From positions 26,007 to 90,006 of the forward strand of contig JAHHIM010000016.1 of NCBI GenBank assembly GCA_019358915.1: DNA of 64,000 bases, given 5' to 3'. Of the stretch, positions 22,065 through 32,942 are shown piece by piece. The DNA is from Trichormus sp. ATA11-4-KO1 (GTDB lineage Bacteria; Cyanobacteriota; Cyanobacteriia; Cyanobacteriales; Nostocaceae). Positions within the stretch are counted from its first letter, which is position 1, and the number at the start of each line of letters is the position of its first letter. A program made the translations under genes and the position numbers. The notes below the pieces were generated by a model, which made no database searches, was not told where the DNA came from, and saw only the letters and a list, made by a program, of their open reading frames with translations.

Positions 22065-22637
22065 ATGATACTCCAAGCTAATAATCAATTGACCTTAGAA
22101 GAGTTTTTGCATCTTCCCCCTGGTGAGGGAGATGTCACCTATGAACTCGTGGATGGTCAGGCAATTCCTAAGATGTCACCAAAATTTTTTCATGCTAAAC
22201 TTACCCGCGAACTCATAAAATTGATTGAGCAATGCTGTCAGGGTAAAGGAGAGGTTTGTCCACAATGGGCAGTTAAATTAACCCGTCTGGGTCGAGATTG
22301 GATGCCAATACCAGATATATTGTACGTTTCGTATGAACGTTTACCTATTAATTGGGATGAAGACGAAGCTTGTCCAGTTCCTCCCGATTTGGTGATTGAG
22401 ATTATCTCGCCAGGACAAACTTTTGGACAAATGATAGCGAAAGCGAAAGATTATTTAGATGCTAAAGTGCTGCGGGTTTGGGTAGTAGATAGTCAAGCTA
22501 GAAGTATTACTGTTTTTTACCCAGACGCAGCACCACAAACTTATATGGGAGATGAACTACTCACAGATTCTTTATTTGAAGGATGGGAATTTACTGTTGA
22601 ACAAGTGTTTCAAAAGGCAAAAATACCTTTAAATTAA
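22065..22637 (+). CDS. Uma2 family endonuclease-like protein
   Basis: LTLEEFL, YELVDG, PDI, PDLVIEIISP. Confidence 0.92.
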   Translation: MILQANNQLTLEEFLHLPPGEGDVTYELVDGQAIPKMSPKFFHAKLTRELIKLIEQCCQGKGEVCPQWAVKLTRLGRDWMPIPDILYVSYERLPINWDEDEACPVPPDLVIEIISPGQTFGQMIAKAKDYLDAKVLRVWVVDSQARSITVFYPDAAPQTYMGDELLTDSLFEGWEFTVEQVFQKAKIPLN

Positions 22638-23245
22638 TCATTACGTAGCAAAACATACAAATTTTGCTGATTACCACGCATCAGACGGAAATTTTTATCC
22701 AAATAGGTAATATCTGACCAGCCACTAAATGAGAGGGTTGATTTCAGAGGTGAATCTTTATCGACTCCTAAAGCCTCACGAAAGTCAGACTCGCTCAAAT
22801 CGTTGCTGGCGATGTTGACAGATGTTTCCCAAAAATCAATATTGAGACGCTGAGAATTTTCCACTGTGTAGCGTCCTGAAACTAGAGTAATACCTTGGAC
22901 ATCAGAAGCAGCAGTAAATTCAATCAGATTATTATATTTTTTATCAACAGTATTAACTTCTTGAAAAATGCCAGTAACGTTAACTTTCACATTCGGTAAT
23001 TTGCCAAAAGAAAGACGTTGCAGTGTAGTTTCTCGTTCTAATCCGAATGTACTGTATAACAGTTGCCAGCGACCTTGAACTAAATCCATTTTGTTTGTGG
23101 GTTCAGGTGTGGGATTTAAAGCTTCAAGAGATGCTGCTAATGTTTCGATTTGCTCTTTAGCTGTTGGTATGTAGTTAAATCCAATATCGCTGGCTTGGGA
23201 AATAGAAATAAGTTCTTGTTTGAGGTTTGTTAATTCACTCATCAT
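22634..23245 (-). CDS. PAP/fibrillin family protein
   Basis: LEALNPTPEP, GRWQLLYST, DITYLD..FRLMRG. Confidence 0.85.
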   Translation of the reverse strand: MMSELTNLKQELISISQASDIGFNYIPTAKEQIETLAASLEALNPTPEPTNKMDLVQGRWQLLYSTFGLERETTLQRLSFGKLPNVKVNVTGIFQEVNTVDKKYNNLIEFTAASDVQGITLVSGRYTVENSQRLNIDFWETSVNIASNDLSESDFREALGVDKDSPLKSTLSFSGWSDITYLDKNFRLMRGNQQNLYVLLRND

Positions 23246-23375
23246 CGTGCTTTCCAAAACAATTTGCCTTGAGCATACTAGAAGATTTAATTATTTGCTG
23301 AGGAACCCTTGTGAAATCTGGCTTTCTTAATTTTGAATTTTGAATTACTCATAGTCAAGCTAAAATGAGCCAAGT

Positions 23376-24065
23376 GTGCCTGCTTCTGCAAAGAAAATGG
23401 GTGGAACTTCCTGGAAATTAATCATCAATACTGAACGGCTGATCCTTCGTCCCCAGCAACCAAGCGATTATGAGCTTTGGTATGCTGGTTTTTCTGGGCG
23501 ATTACCAAAACAACGTCAATATGATGATGGATTGGTTAGTTTAGAGCATTGCGATCGCCAGTGGTTTGCAGATTTGTGTCAGCGTCACCAACAAGAGGCG
23601 TTAACCGATCAGTTTTTCGTGTTTGGCATTTTTTCCCGTCAAACTAATCAGCATCTTGGCAATATCGACCTTTCAACGATCCGTCGCGGAGAATACCAGT
23701 GGGCGATTTTAGGATACGAGATTCATAACCAACACTGGCAGCAAGGCTTTGGCAAAGAAGCAGTTCGAGCCGCGCTGATTGCTGGGTTTGAGACATTGGG
23801 TTATCATCGCATCGAAGCCGCTATTAATCTGGATAATCAAGCATCAATTGCACTGGCTGAAAGTGTGGGTATGCACAAAGAATGTATTCGTCGCGGCTTT
23901 TTCTACGAGGATCAGCAATGGGTAGACCATTTCATTTATGTTGCTCTACCCTCTGATCTGGGATTAGTCGAAAAGCCGCCTGCGACGCACCCCAACAACC
24001 CTAGTACACCCAACCGGATCAAACACTGTCCTCACCTATGTGACTACGGCTATATCAGCAAATAA
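23376..24065 (+). CDS. RimJ/RimL-type GNAT acetyltransferase; C-terminus runs into repeat DNA
   Basis: TERLILRP, LGYEI...WQQGFGKEA, N.ASI.LAE. Confidence 0.82.
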   Translation: MPASAKKMGGTSWKLIINTERLILRPQQPSDYELWYAGFSGRLPKQRQYDDGLVSLEHCDRQWFADLCQRHQQEALTDQFFVFGIFSRQTNQHLGNIDLSTIRRGEYQWAILGYEIHNQHWQQGFGKEAVRAALIAGFETLGYHRIEAAINLDNQASIALAESVGMHKECIRRGFFYEDQQWVDHFIYVALPSDLGLVEKPPATHPNNPSTPNRIKHCPHLCDYGYISK

Positions 24066-24103
24066 ATCATTTCATCTGGATCGCTTGATTGACTCTATGC
24101 TCT

Positions 24104-25735
24104 TCATCTAGAAGCTTCTAGGACTGCTTCTGCTTGGGAATGTAATAACAAACCATATTCCAATCCCTCTACTACTGCTTGATAGGAAGCTGCCAAAATG
24201 TTGGGCGAAACCCCTACAGTTGTCCAGCGTTGATAACCAGTACCTGATTCCACTAGCACGCGGGTTTTGGCTGCTGTCCCCGTATGTCCGTCAAGAATCC
24301 GCACTTTGTAATCTGTCAACTCAAATGTGGCAAGTTGAGGATAAAAGTTGACCAAAGCTTTGCGTAAGGCTGCATCTAAAGCAGCGACTGGGCCATTTCC
24401 TTCTGCTACTTCTAAAATATTTTTGCCATTAACACCGACTTTCACTGTTGCTAGGGCATTATTTGTTTCTTTGTCAACTAAATCACAATGTACTTGGAAG
24501 CCTTTAACTTCAAAAAACTGCTGGCGACCTCCCAAAGCTTCGTGCATTAATAATGCAAAACTGGCTTCTGCTGCTTCAAATTGATACCCTTCACTTTCCA
24601 ATTCTTTGAGGCGTTGGAGAATCTGTCGGGCTGCTGGTGTTTGCTTATCCAGTTCAATGCCAAAAGTACGGGCTTTGGCTAACACATTACTCATTCCCGA
24701 TTGTTCGGAGATGACAATGCGACGACGGTTACCGACTTGTTCTGGTTGAATGTGTTCGTAAGTCAGGGGATTCCGTTCTACTGCTGAGACATGAATACCG
24801 CCTTTGTGTGCAAAAGCCGAACGCCCAACAAAGGGCGCGTGTTCATCAGGGGCAAGATTTACCACCTCGCTCACAAATCGACTAGCTTCTGTAAGCTGAT
24901 TTAGCTGGTGTTCTGTGATACAGCTATAACCAAGCTTAAGTTGTAAATTGGGAATTAATGAGCAGAGGTTAGCATTACCACAACGTTCACCGTAGCCATT
25001 AATTGTACCTTGTACCATTTTTGCCCCTGCCATCACAGCAGCTAAGGCATTAGCTACAGCTGTATCCGAATCGTTATGAGTGTGAATACCAATTTGGGGG
25101 AATGGTTGTTGACAAATGACTAATGACAAATGACTAATGACTGATTCTACGATTTGGCTAACTTCGTGGGGTAACGTTCCGCCATTTGTATCACAGAGGA
25201 CTAGCCATTCAGCACCAGCTGCGATCGCAGCTTCTAATGTCAGCAAAGCATAATCTCGATTTTGCTTGTAACCATCAAACCAATGTTCAGCATCATAAAT
25301 CACGCGTCGTCCTTGAGAACGAAAGTACTCGACGGTATCGCGGATCATGGCCAAATTTTCTTCTAAAGTCGTCTTGAGACCTGCTGTAACGTGTAAATCC
25401 CAAGATTTACCAAAAATTGTCACCCAGCGAGTGCCCGCAGTGAGGATGGCTTGTAGCATCGGCTCATCTGCGGCATTGGTATTAGGGCGACGAGTTGAAC
25501 AAAATGCCACAATTTCTGCTTGTTTGAGCGGATCTTCTTGTAGTTGCCAGAAGAACTGAACATCCTTAGGATTGGCACCAGGCCAACCACCTTCTATGAA
25601 GGGAACTCCCAGTTGGTCGAGTCTACGGGCAATCCGTAACTTATCTTCTATGGAAACTGATAGCCCCTCGCGCTGAGTGCCATCCCGTAACGTAGTGTCA
25701 TAGAGCCAAATATGAGGTGAGGGATGTATGGTCAT
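24104..25735 (-). CDS. cimA: Citramalate synthase
   Basis: YDTTLRDGTQREG, GGWPGANPKD, FGKSWDLHV, DAEHWFDG, HKGGIH. Confidence 0.93.
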   Translation of the reverse strand: MTIHPSPHIWLYDTTLRDGTQREGLSVSIEDKLRIARRLDQLGVPFIEGGWPGANPKDVQFFWQLQEDPLKQAEIVAFCSTRRPNTNAADEPMLQAILTAGTRWVTIFGKSWDLHVTAGLKTTLEENLAMIRDTVEYFRSQGRRVIYDAEHWFDGYKQNRDYALLTLEAAIAAGAEWLVLCDTNGGTLPHEVSQIVESVISHLSLVICQQPFPQIGIHTHNDSDTAVANALAAVMAGAKMVQGTINGYGERCGNANLCSLIPNLQLKLGYSCITEHQLNQLTEASRFVSEVVNLAPDEHAPFVGRSAFAHKGGIHVSAVERNPLTYEHIQPEQVGNRRRIVISEQSGMSNVLAKARTFGIELDKQTPAARQILQRLKELESEGYQFEAAEASFALLMHEALGGRQQFFEVKGFQVHCDLVDKETNNALATVKVGVNGKNILEVAEGNGPVAALDAALRKALVNFYPQLATFELTDYKVRILDGHTGTAAKTRVLVESGTGYQRWTTVGVSPNILAASYQAVVEGLEYGLLLHSQAEAVLEASR

Positions 25736-25810
25736 AGAACTGAGACTTGCGAGACAACTTTGAAGGCGATGTGCCAATATACAACAAAAAGCCAGTTTGG
25801 TAATTAAAAT

Positions 25811-26125
25811 ATGCCTAAGGTACTAGCTCAAGGTAAGACAATTAAGTGCATTCGCGGAGCTAAATTAGGTCTAATTTTGCAGCAAAATGGTATTGACCTC
25901 TACAATGGCAGTGCTAGGGTAATCAATTGCCGAGGCATTGGTAGCTGTGGTATCTGTGCGGTCAAGGTAGAAGGTGAGGCATCTGCTGCAAATTGGCGTG
26001 ACAAAGCGAGACGTTCGCTTCCTCCCCATTTTCCTACAACAGACCTGCGTTTAGCCTGTCAAACTGTGGTGCTAGGTGATGTAAAAGTGACAAAATTCGC
26101 TGGATTTTGGAAGGTTCTCAAATAG
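25811..26125 (+). CDS. 2Fe-2S ferredoxin-like protein with apparent C-terminal frameshift
   Basis: NCRGIGSCGICAV...RLACQ; the expected tail GSQIVWKPEG* lies in another frame ending at 26145. Confidence 0.85.
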   Translation: MPKVLAQGKTIKCIRGAKLGLILQQNGIDLYNGSARVINCRGIGSCGICAVKVEGEASAANWRDKARRSLPPHFPTTDLRLACQTVVLGDVKVTKFAGFWKVLK

Positions 26126-26167
26126 TGTGGAAACCAGAAGGTTAGTTTAAAAAAGGAGAAAATCAAC

Positions 26168-26578
26168 ATGGGTAGATGGACACCACTAATTCTCATGGCT
26201 GGAGGTTTGGCAATTTTACTGGGTACATTGTTAGGCATCAACTTTCCGATGGGTGGACAACAAAGTGCCAGTAATAATGCTCCCGGCGGCCGAACATCAA
26301 AAGTCCTTCCGGCTAATATTAATGTTAATAGCTCTGCCCCCAGCCGGACTACGAATAATGGTACAACTCCTGAACGTAGGGGTGGCGTAGCCCAGGATAG
26401 TTTTACTGCGCCTAACACGCCTAATAATAGAAGCAGCGTTGCTCAAAATAATACTTCTGATGATTCGTTTTCATCACCTGAGACTACATCAGGTACCCGA
26501 AGTACAGGGATGCAGTCAGGCACTTCATCAAGCAGTGCCGCAAATCGGGATAATCAACCTATCCGGGCTTTATGGTAA
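26168..26578 (+). CDS. Membrane-anchored low-complexity hypothetical protein
   Basis: N-terminal TM, Ser/Asn/Thr-rich body, C-terminal PIRALW; AAGGAG RBS. Confidence 0.75.
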   Translation: MGRWTPLILMAGGLAILLGTLLGINFPMGGQQSASNNAPGGRTSKVLPANINVNSSAPSRTTNNGTTPERRGGVAQDSFTAPNTPNNRSSVAQNNTSDDSFSSPETTSGTRSTGMQSGTSSSSAANRDNQPIRALW

Positions 26579-26654
26579 AGCTGGATAGTCGTTAGTTATG
26601 AGTTATGCGTTATTAGTTATGTACTAATGATCAATAGCTAATGATAAATGACTA

Positions 26655-28628
26655 ATGACTAGTGAAGTTTTAATTATTGGGGGCGGCGTTATTGGCTTGG
26701 CGATCGCCGTTGAGCTTAAATTGTGCGGGGCTAAGGTCACCGTGCTTTGCCATGATTATCAGGCTGCTGCTACCCATGCTGCTGCCGGGATGTTAGCGCC
26801 AGATGCAGAAAACATCCCCAATGAGGCTATGCGTTCTTTGTGTAGGCGATCGCGTGCCTTATATCCAGACTGGACACGCAAACTCGCAGATTTAACTGGC
26901 TTAAATACTGGTTACTGGCCATGTGGGATATTAGCACCAGTTTATGAAGGACAAGGAGACAAGGTAAATGCTTCACCACTCCCAAGTTCCCACTCCCCAT
27001 ACTGGTTAAATCAAGTAGCAATTCATCAATATCAGCCAGGATTGGGTGCAGAAGTTGTTGGAGGCTGGTGGTATCCTGAAGACGGACAAGTTGATAATCG
27101 CGCCTTAGCGCGCGTACTTTGGACAGCTGCTGAATCCCTTGGCGTAGAACTCAAAGACGGCATCAAAGTAGAAGCGTTTTTACAACAGCAGGGAGAAGTA
27201 AGTGGTGTACAAACCAACATCGGCACAATTCGCGCTGACCATTATGTTTTAGCCACAGGTGCTTGGTCAAATGCCTTAATCCCATTACCTGTGCGTCCTC
27301 GTAAAGGACAAATGCTGAGTGTGCGAGTACCAGAATTTGTCCCCGAATTGCCCCTGACACGGGTTTTGTTTGGCGAAAATATTTACATTGTACCGAGACG
27401 AGATCGCACTATCATTATTGGGGCAACTAGCGAAGATGTTGGCTTTACCCCCCACAACACCCCCGCAGGTATTCAAACCTTACTTCAACAAGCTATTAAC
27501 TTATATCCCCAATTACAGGATTATCCCATCCAGCAATTTTGGTGGGGATTTCGCCCAGCAACCTCTGATGAGTTACCCATCCTAGGCACTAGCCACTGTC
27601 AAAATTTAACTTTGGCTACAGGTCATTACCGCAATGGCATATTACTTGCACCCATCACCGCCGCCTTAATTGCCGATTTGATTTGGCAACAGCAATCTGA
27701 CCCCATATTGTCTAATTTTCATTACACACGCTTCCACACCCAGTCATCTACCCCCACCTCAATGTTTACCCACTTCCCAACTCCCCAAACTCCCCACTCC
27801 CCACTCAGCACTCCCCTTCGACTTCGCTCAGGACAAGCGCACTCAGCACTTACCATAGCTGGTAAAACTTTTCAATCTCGCTTGATGACAGGAACAGGCA
27901 AATATCGCAGCATTGAGGAAATGCAGCAAAGTATTATTGCCAGTGGTTGCGAGATTGTCACTGTAGCAGTGCGTCGAGTCCAAACGAAAGCCCCTGGACA
28001 TCAAGGTTTAGCCGAAGCCCTGGATTGGACAAAAATTTGGATGTTGCCTAATACTGCCGGCTGTGAAACCGCAGAAGAAGCGATTCGCGTTGCCCGTTTG
28101 GGGCGAGAAATGGCGAAATTATTGGGACAGGAAGATAACAATTTTGTCAAGTTAGAAGTAATACCTGATCCTAAATATTTACTTCCTGACCCCATTGGTA
28201 CACTACAAGCTGCCGAACAGTTAGTGAAAGAAGGTTTTGCTGTATTGCCCTACATCAACGCCGATCCTATGCTAGCCAAGCGTTTAGAAGAAATCGGCTG
28301 TGCTACAGTCATGCCTTTAGCATCGCCTATTGGTTCGGGACAGGGGCTAAAGACAACTGCCAATATTCAAATCATCATTGAAAATGCCAGCATACCAGTG
28401 GTAGTAGATGCGGGAATTGGTTCACCCTCAGAAGCAGCCCAAGCAATGGAATTGGGTGCAGATGCCTTATTAATTAATAGCGCGATCGCTCTAGCCAAAA
28501 ACCCCCCAGCAATGGCTCAAGCCATGAATTTAGCAGCAGTAGCCGGTCGTCTCGCATACCTCGCCGGCAGAATGCCCCTGAAAACTTATGCTAGTGCCAG
28601 TTCACCTTTAACTGGAACTATTAATTAG
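26655..28628 (+). CDS. thiO: Fused glycine oxidase ThiO / thiazole synthase ThiG
   Basis: GGGVIG FAD motif, [15 protein letters not shown]; then [31 protein letters not shown]. Confidence 0.94.
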   Translation: MTSEVLIIGGGVIGLAIAVELKLCGAKVTVLCHDYQAAATHAAAGMLAPDAENIPNEAMRSLCRRSRALYPDWTRKLADLTGLNTGYWPCGILAPVYEGQGDKVNASPLPSSHSPYWLNQVAIHQYQPGLGAEVVGGWWYPEDGQVDNRALARVLWTAAESLGVELKDGIKVEAFLQQQGEVSGVQTNIGTIRADHYVLATGAWSNALIPLPVRPRKGQMLSVRVPEFVPELPLTRVLFGENIYIVPRRDRTIIIGATSEDVGFTPHNTPAGIQTLLQQAINLYPQLQDYPIQQFWWGFRPATSDELPILGTSHCQNLTLATGHYRNGILLAPITAALIADLIWQQQSDPILSNFHYTRFHTQSSTPTSMFTHFPTPQTPHSPLSTPLRLRSGQAHSALTIAGKTFQSRLMTGTGKYRSIEEMQQSIIASGCEIVTVAVRRVQTKAPGHQGLAEALDWTKIWMLPNTAGCETAEEAIRVARLGREMAKLLGQEDNNFVKLEVIPDPKYLLPDPIGTLQAAEQLVKEGFAVLPYINADPMLAKRLEEIGCATVMPLASPIGSGQGLKTTANIQIIIENASIPVVVDAGIGSPSEAAQAMELGADALLINSAIALAKNPPAMAQAMNLAAVAGRLAYLAGRMPLKTYASASSPLTGTIN

Positions 28629-28811
28629 GGAATGGGGCATTGGGCATTGGGCATTGGGTGAAATTGCTTCTATAATTCTCCCTCACTCCCCTGCTTCCCT
28701 TATCCCCTTGTCCCTACTCCCTAATGTAACGATTTATCTCTAAGTAAGAGAGTGGAATATGACGCTTATGTAACATAAAACCAATAAAAGTACATAATAA
28801 GGAATTAATTC

Positions 28812-28991
28812 ATGCCTTATACAAACGAAGAAGGCGGTCGTTTAAATAATTTTGCCCAAGAACCAAAGATTTACCAAGCAGAACCTCCTACCAATGAGCA
28901 AAAGCGCAACTATATTTTCTTAGGACTTGCTGCTACGGTTTTGGTTGCTGGTTTAATTTTTGTTGCCTTCTCTGTTTCTCATGTCAGTTGA
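28812..28991 (+). CDS. psb34: Photosystem II assembly protein Psb34 (Ssl1498 family), 59 aa, absent from the ORF track
   Basis: MPYTNEEGGRLNNFAQEPKIYQAEPPT...RNY followed by one TM helix. Confidence 0.88.
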   Translation: MPYTNEEGGRLNNFAQEPKIYQAEPPTNEQKRNYIFLGLAATVLVAGLIFVAFSVSHVS

Positions 28992-29028
28992 GCATAAAAT
29001 TTTTTAATGTAATTTAATTTTTGAGTGT

Positions 29029-29070
29029 TAAAGGTTCCCATGTTAGCAGGAGCCTTATTTTTTCTTTTTT
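29029..29070 (+). terminator. Probable intrinsic terminator after psb34
   Basis: aaggttcc...ggagcctt stem followed by a T-run. Confidence 0.55.
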
Positions 29071-29237
29071 GCTAGAATCATATAGGAAAAATAAAGTATA
29101 AATATATACTTGTAATTCTACCAAACTGAAAAGCTCGATTTATCCTGAGCAAAGTAACAATCATCATTTAGATTTTTCGTCTGCTAGGATGTGTCCGAAG
29201 AGGTTTATGTATAACATGTTTTGGCTATTTAGCCGCC

Positions 29238-31433
29238 ATGAGCGTGAATGATACTGCACACTCCGATAATTTTACTTGGAATCGACAAGTATATCACCGT
29301 CTGAAACTTTCCCTGAGTCTTGGCTTACGGAGACAGCTTTTTTTGGCTGTAAGTGATGATTTACACTTGAGAAATCAAGTAGCTGCTCGTTTGCATTCTA
29401 CTTTGGCTTATCCAGTGGGACAGGTGCTATATCAGCCTTTGGATGGACAGGAAACCAGTACTCCTGCATATCCGCGATTAGTCACATTAAGGTTGAATTT
29501 AAGCGATCCGAATCCCATAGATCATATAAATCAATGGCTAGCTAACTATCCACCGCCAATTGTGGGTGCATCGAAAGATACACCAGGACGACCTTTACCC
29601 ATACCATCATTTCAGATTGTGGGTGTAGAGCGATTAACCAAGCAATCAGTGGCAATACAGCGTTTATTTTTACACTATCTGCGCTTAAGTGAGCAGAATT
29701 TTTCTAGCCAAGAATCTAGTCGGTTTCTAGAATCCAGTGTGCTGTTGTGGGTATCGCGTCCTTGGTTATCTGCTATTCAACAGTCAGCACCACAATTTTG
29801 GCGTTGGCGTACTGGTGTGTTTGTGTTTGCAGGAGAACCTACACCAACAACACAAAATCAAGGTTATCCAGAACGTGCTTCCAGTTCAAGAAACTTGGAT
29901 TTAGGAAATCTTGAGCAATCTATTCTAGATGAATCAGTCATCGAAGCCGAACTCCAAGCCGCATCGGCTACAGGCTTAAAATTTGGGGATGATTTTGACT
30001 TACCTGTCGAAGCACCAACGCACCACCAAGGTAATTTGACATCGCCATCTTTGAAGACTGGGCTAAAGCCACAGGTATCCACTGCTAGATCTAGTAAGAG
30101 CAATAATTTACCACTATCATCGTTACCTCATATTAGTAAAGAGTTAACAGAGTTAGTACTAGCAACAATTAACACTAAGCTGGCTCAAGATGCAGAAGAT
30201 AATTGGCAACCCCAGCAAGTTCTCTTAGAGATTGAGGAATTACACTCACAGCAGGCCTCAGCAGAGGTGCTGGCAGCAGCGTATCATCACTTGGGGAACT
30301 TATATCGCTTGCGCGTTGAACAGGGACAGTCAAGTATAGAAAATTTGATGGTAGCAATTCTCGCTTATCAAGAAGCGATCGCCTATGATGAAACTTCGCT
30401 ACAACTGCCGGATATTTTAAATGACTTGGGTACACTCTATTGGATGTTGTACCGCACACCACACAACGCTGGGGATGGGAGAAATTACATAGAACAGGGA
30501 ATTGAATTTTATCATTTGGCTTTAAAGCTGATTTCTCCTGAAGAACAGTCAGAAACTTATGCACGGGTACAAAATAATCTGGGGACAGCTTACGGTGATT
30601 TAGCGCGTTTTGCGAATCCAGCAGATAACTGGCAACAAGCAGTTTTAGCTTATAGTGAAGCACTGCGCTATCGTACAGCCGAAATGGAACCTTTAAAGTA
30701 TGCTGCTTGCCAAAATAATTTAGGTACTGCTTACTGGCATTTGGGGCAATATAATCAACCAATTGTGCATTTAAAGAAAGCGATCGCCTCATACAAACAA
30801 GCGCTGGCTTATTACAGCCCTGAACAGGAACCGCTCAAATATGGGATGATTCAAAATAATATTGGTACTGCTTACTGGAATTTGGCACAATACGAACAAC
30901 CAGCAGAAAATTTGCAGCTAGCGATCGATGTCTATAGCGAAGCTTTAAAATATCGGACTCCTGCTAATGTTCCTAGCGCCTGCGCCGCTACACAAAATAA
31001 TCTTGGTACAGCCTATTGGCATTTAGCAAATTTATCACAAACAACTAAAGAGGCACGGCAAAAGTTACTACAACTGTCTATTAATGCTTATGATGAAGCT
31101 ATTGCCTTGGCGCAGTCACTTGGCGGTATACCTTTAAGTTTTGATTTGTTTGCAGCTCACAATAATTTGGGATTAGCTCATTATCAGCTAGTAACTGATA
31201 ATTCTTTTAGTGGTAATAAAGCTACAACTTCACAACATTTAGAAGCGGCTTTAAATAATCATTTGCAAGCTTTAAATGGATTGAGTAAACAACCAGAGGC
31301 TTATCAAACAACTTTCACTTATGTGGTGAAAACAATTCGTGCTTTCCATAGTGAATTGGGGATACAGGGACAAAATCTGGCTTTGTCTAAAGTTCCTGGT
31401 CATTTGTTACCGGAAATTTTACCTAAGTTGTAG
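29238..31433 (+). CDS. Tetratricopeptide-repeat protein
   Basis: Repeated QNNLGTAYWxL units in the C-terminal half. Confidence 0.88.
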   Translation: MSVNDTAHSDNFTWNRQVYHRLKLSLSLGLRRQLFLAVSDDLHLRNQVAARLHSTLAYPVGQVLYQPLDGQETSTPAYPRLVTLRLNLSDPNPIDHINQWLANYPPPIVGASKDTPGRPLPIPSFQIVGVERLTKQSVAIQRLFLHYLRLSEQNFSSQESSRFLESSVLLWVSRPWLSAIQQSAPQFWRWRTGVFVFAGEPTPTTQNQGYPERASSSRNLDLGNLEQSILDESVIEAELQAASATGLKFGDDFDLPVEAPTHHQGNLTSPSLKTGLKPQVSTARSSKSNNLPLSSLPHISKELTELVLATINTKLAQDAEDNWQPQQVLLEIEELHSQQASAEVLAAAYHHLGNLYRLRVEQGQSSIENLMVAILAYQEAIAYDETSLQLPDILNDLGTLYWMLYRTPHNAGDGRNYIEQGIEFYHLALKLISPEEQSETYARVQNNLGTAYGDLARFANPADNWQQAVLAYSEALRYRTAEMEPLKYAACQNNLGTAYWHLGQYNQPIVHLKKAIASYKQALAYYSPEQEPLKYGMIQNNIGTAYWNLAQYEQPAENLQLAIDVYSEALKYRTPANVPSACAATQNNLGTAYWHLANLSQTTKEARQKLLQLSINAYDEAIALAQSLGGIPLSFDLFAAHNNLGLAHYQLVTDNSFSGNKATTSQHLEAALNNHLQALNGLSKQPEAYQTTFTYVVKTIRAFHSELGIQGQNLALSKVPGHLLPEILPKL

Positions 31434-31498
31434 ATATGGTGCGGTGAAGCAAGTTTTTTTTAACGTGCGCGCAGCGTATACCGCCAAGAACGACCATT

Positions 31499-31849
31499 TT
31501 ATGTGCTGTTCTGACGATATGATTCTAGGCTATCAATCATGTCCAGAAGAATAATGAACTTCAAACCAAATTCAGTTAATTTATACTCCACACGAGGTGG
31601 AATTTCTGGGTAAGATATCTTCTCAAGAATGCCAAAATTAATCAGATCAGACAATCGTTCGTTTAGCACCTTAGTCGTTAATCCTTCAACGGCACGAGTG
31701 ATAGCGCCTGGACGGTTTATCCCTGTCCGAACTAATCGGAGAACTTCTAACATCCATTTACAACCGAGAGTATGCTCCACAATATAAGCAACAGTCGGCT
31801 GAGAACTGGAAAACTTTTTTGCAGTGCCACGAGATTGTGATCTTTGCAT
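31499..31849 (-). CDS. HxlR family winged-helix transcriptional regulator
   Basis: GCKW...KVLNERL...Y.EIPPRVEY.LT; divergent from an oxidoreductase. Confidence 0.92.
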   Translation of the reverse strand: MQRSQSRGTAKKFSSSQPTVAYIVEHTLGCKWMLEVLRLVRTGINRPGAITRAVEGLTTKVLNERLSDLINFGILEKISYPEIPPRVEYKLTEFGLKFIILLDMIDSLESYRQNST

Positions 31850-31973
31850 TTGCTACTAAATGGTAACTACCTCACCAAACAGTGCTTACTTGAACCCATG
31901 AGGGCAATCTCCTAAGCTCAGTGTCAAATGATTTAACCCTATAGGGTTTATTTTAGACATAAAGGTAGTAGTT

Positions 31974-32942
31974 ATGGAATACATGAAAGCTGCGGTACTA
32001 ACAGCATTTGGTGAGGCGGAAGTGTTGGAAATTAAAGATATGCCCAAGCCAACGCCAAAACCTAATCAAGTTTTGGTACGAGTATGTGCCACATCAATCA
32101 ATCCTGTTGATTATCAAATCTGTCGTGGTGACTACAAGAACTTTGTTCAACTACCCACAATTATTGGAGTTGATGTTTCGGGTATCGTTGAAGCAATTGG
32201 AGAGATGGTGACAGATTTCCAGGTAGGAGATGAAGTCTACTATTCTCCGCAAATTTTTGGAGAGTCTGGTAGTTATGCTCAGTATCATGTTGCCGACGAA
32301 AACATAGTGGCTAGGAAGCCTGCTAATTTGTCCCATGTTGAGGCAGCCTGCTTTCCACTAGCAGGGGGAACGGCTTGGGATTGCCTTGTGACTAGAGGAA
32401 ATCTACAGGTGGGTCAATCAGTTTTAATCCATGCTGGTGCGGGTGGAGTTGGTTCTATTGCTATTCAATTGGCGAAAGCAATGGGTAGTTATGTTTTCAC
32501 AACGTGCAGTGCTAAAAATTTTGATCTTGTTAAAAAGTTAGGTGCAGATTATGTGAGCGATTACAAGAATGAAAATTACATCGAAGTGATTAAGCAAGAA
32601 ACGAAAGGTCACGGTGTTGATTTGGTTTTAGACACGATTGGGGGAGATACAATTCAACGTAGCCTGGAAGTGATTTGCCCCTACGGCAAACTTGTGAGTA
32701 TTGTTGATATCACAACTCCTCAACCACTCATGGAAGCGTGGGCAAAGAATTTAACCATTCATTTTGTTTTCACTTCACAGTATCGAGGAAAGTTAGATGC
32801 ATTGAGTAAACTGATCGAGCGCAATCAGCTTCGACCTGTAATTGATTCAGTTTTGCCTTGGAAACAAATCGTTCAAGCTCATCAGCAATTAGAACAGCAA
32901 GGCAAGCGAGGCAAGATTGTATTGCAGTTCACTGAAAATTAA
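31974..32942 (+). CDS. Zinc-type alcohol dehydrogenase / quinone oxidoreductase (MDR family)
   Basis: SINPVD, HAGAGGVGS, GKIVL. Confidence 0.9.
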   Translation: MEYMKAAVLTAFGEAEVLEIKDMPKPTPKPNQVLVRVCATSINPVDYQICRGDYKNFVQLPTIIGVDVSGIVEAIGEMVTDFQVGDEVYYSPQIFGESGSYAQYHVADENIVARKPANLSHVEAACFPLAGGTAWDCLVTRGNLQVGQSVLIHAGAGGVGSIAIQLAKAMGSYVFTTCSAKNFDLVKKLGADYVSDYKNENYIEVIKQETKGHGVDLVLDTIGGDTIQRSLEVICPYGKLVSIVDITTPQPLMEAWAKNLTIHFVFTSQYRGKLDALSKLIERNQLRPVIDSVLPWKQIVQAHQQLEQQGKRGKIVLQFTEN

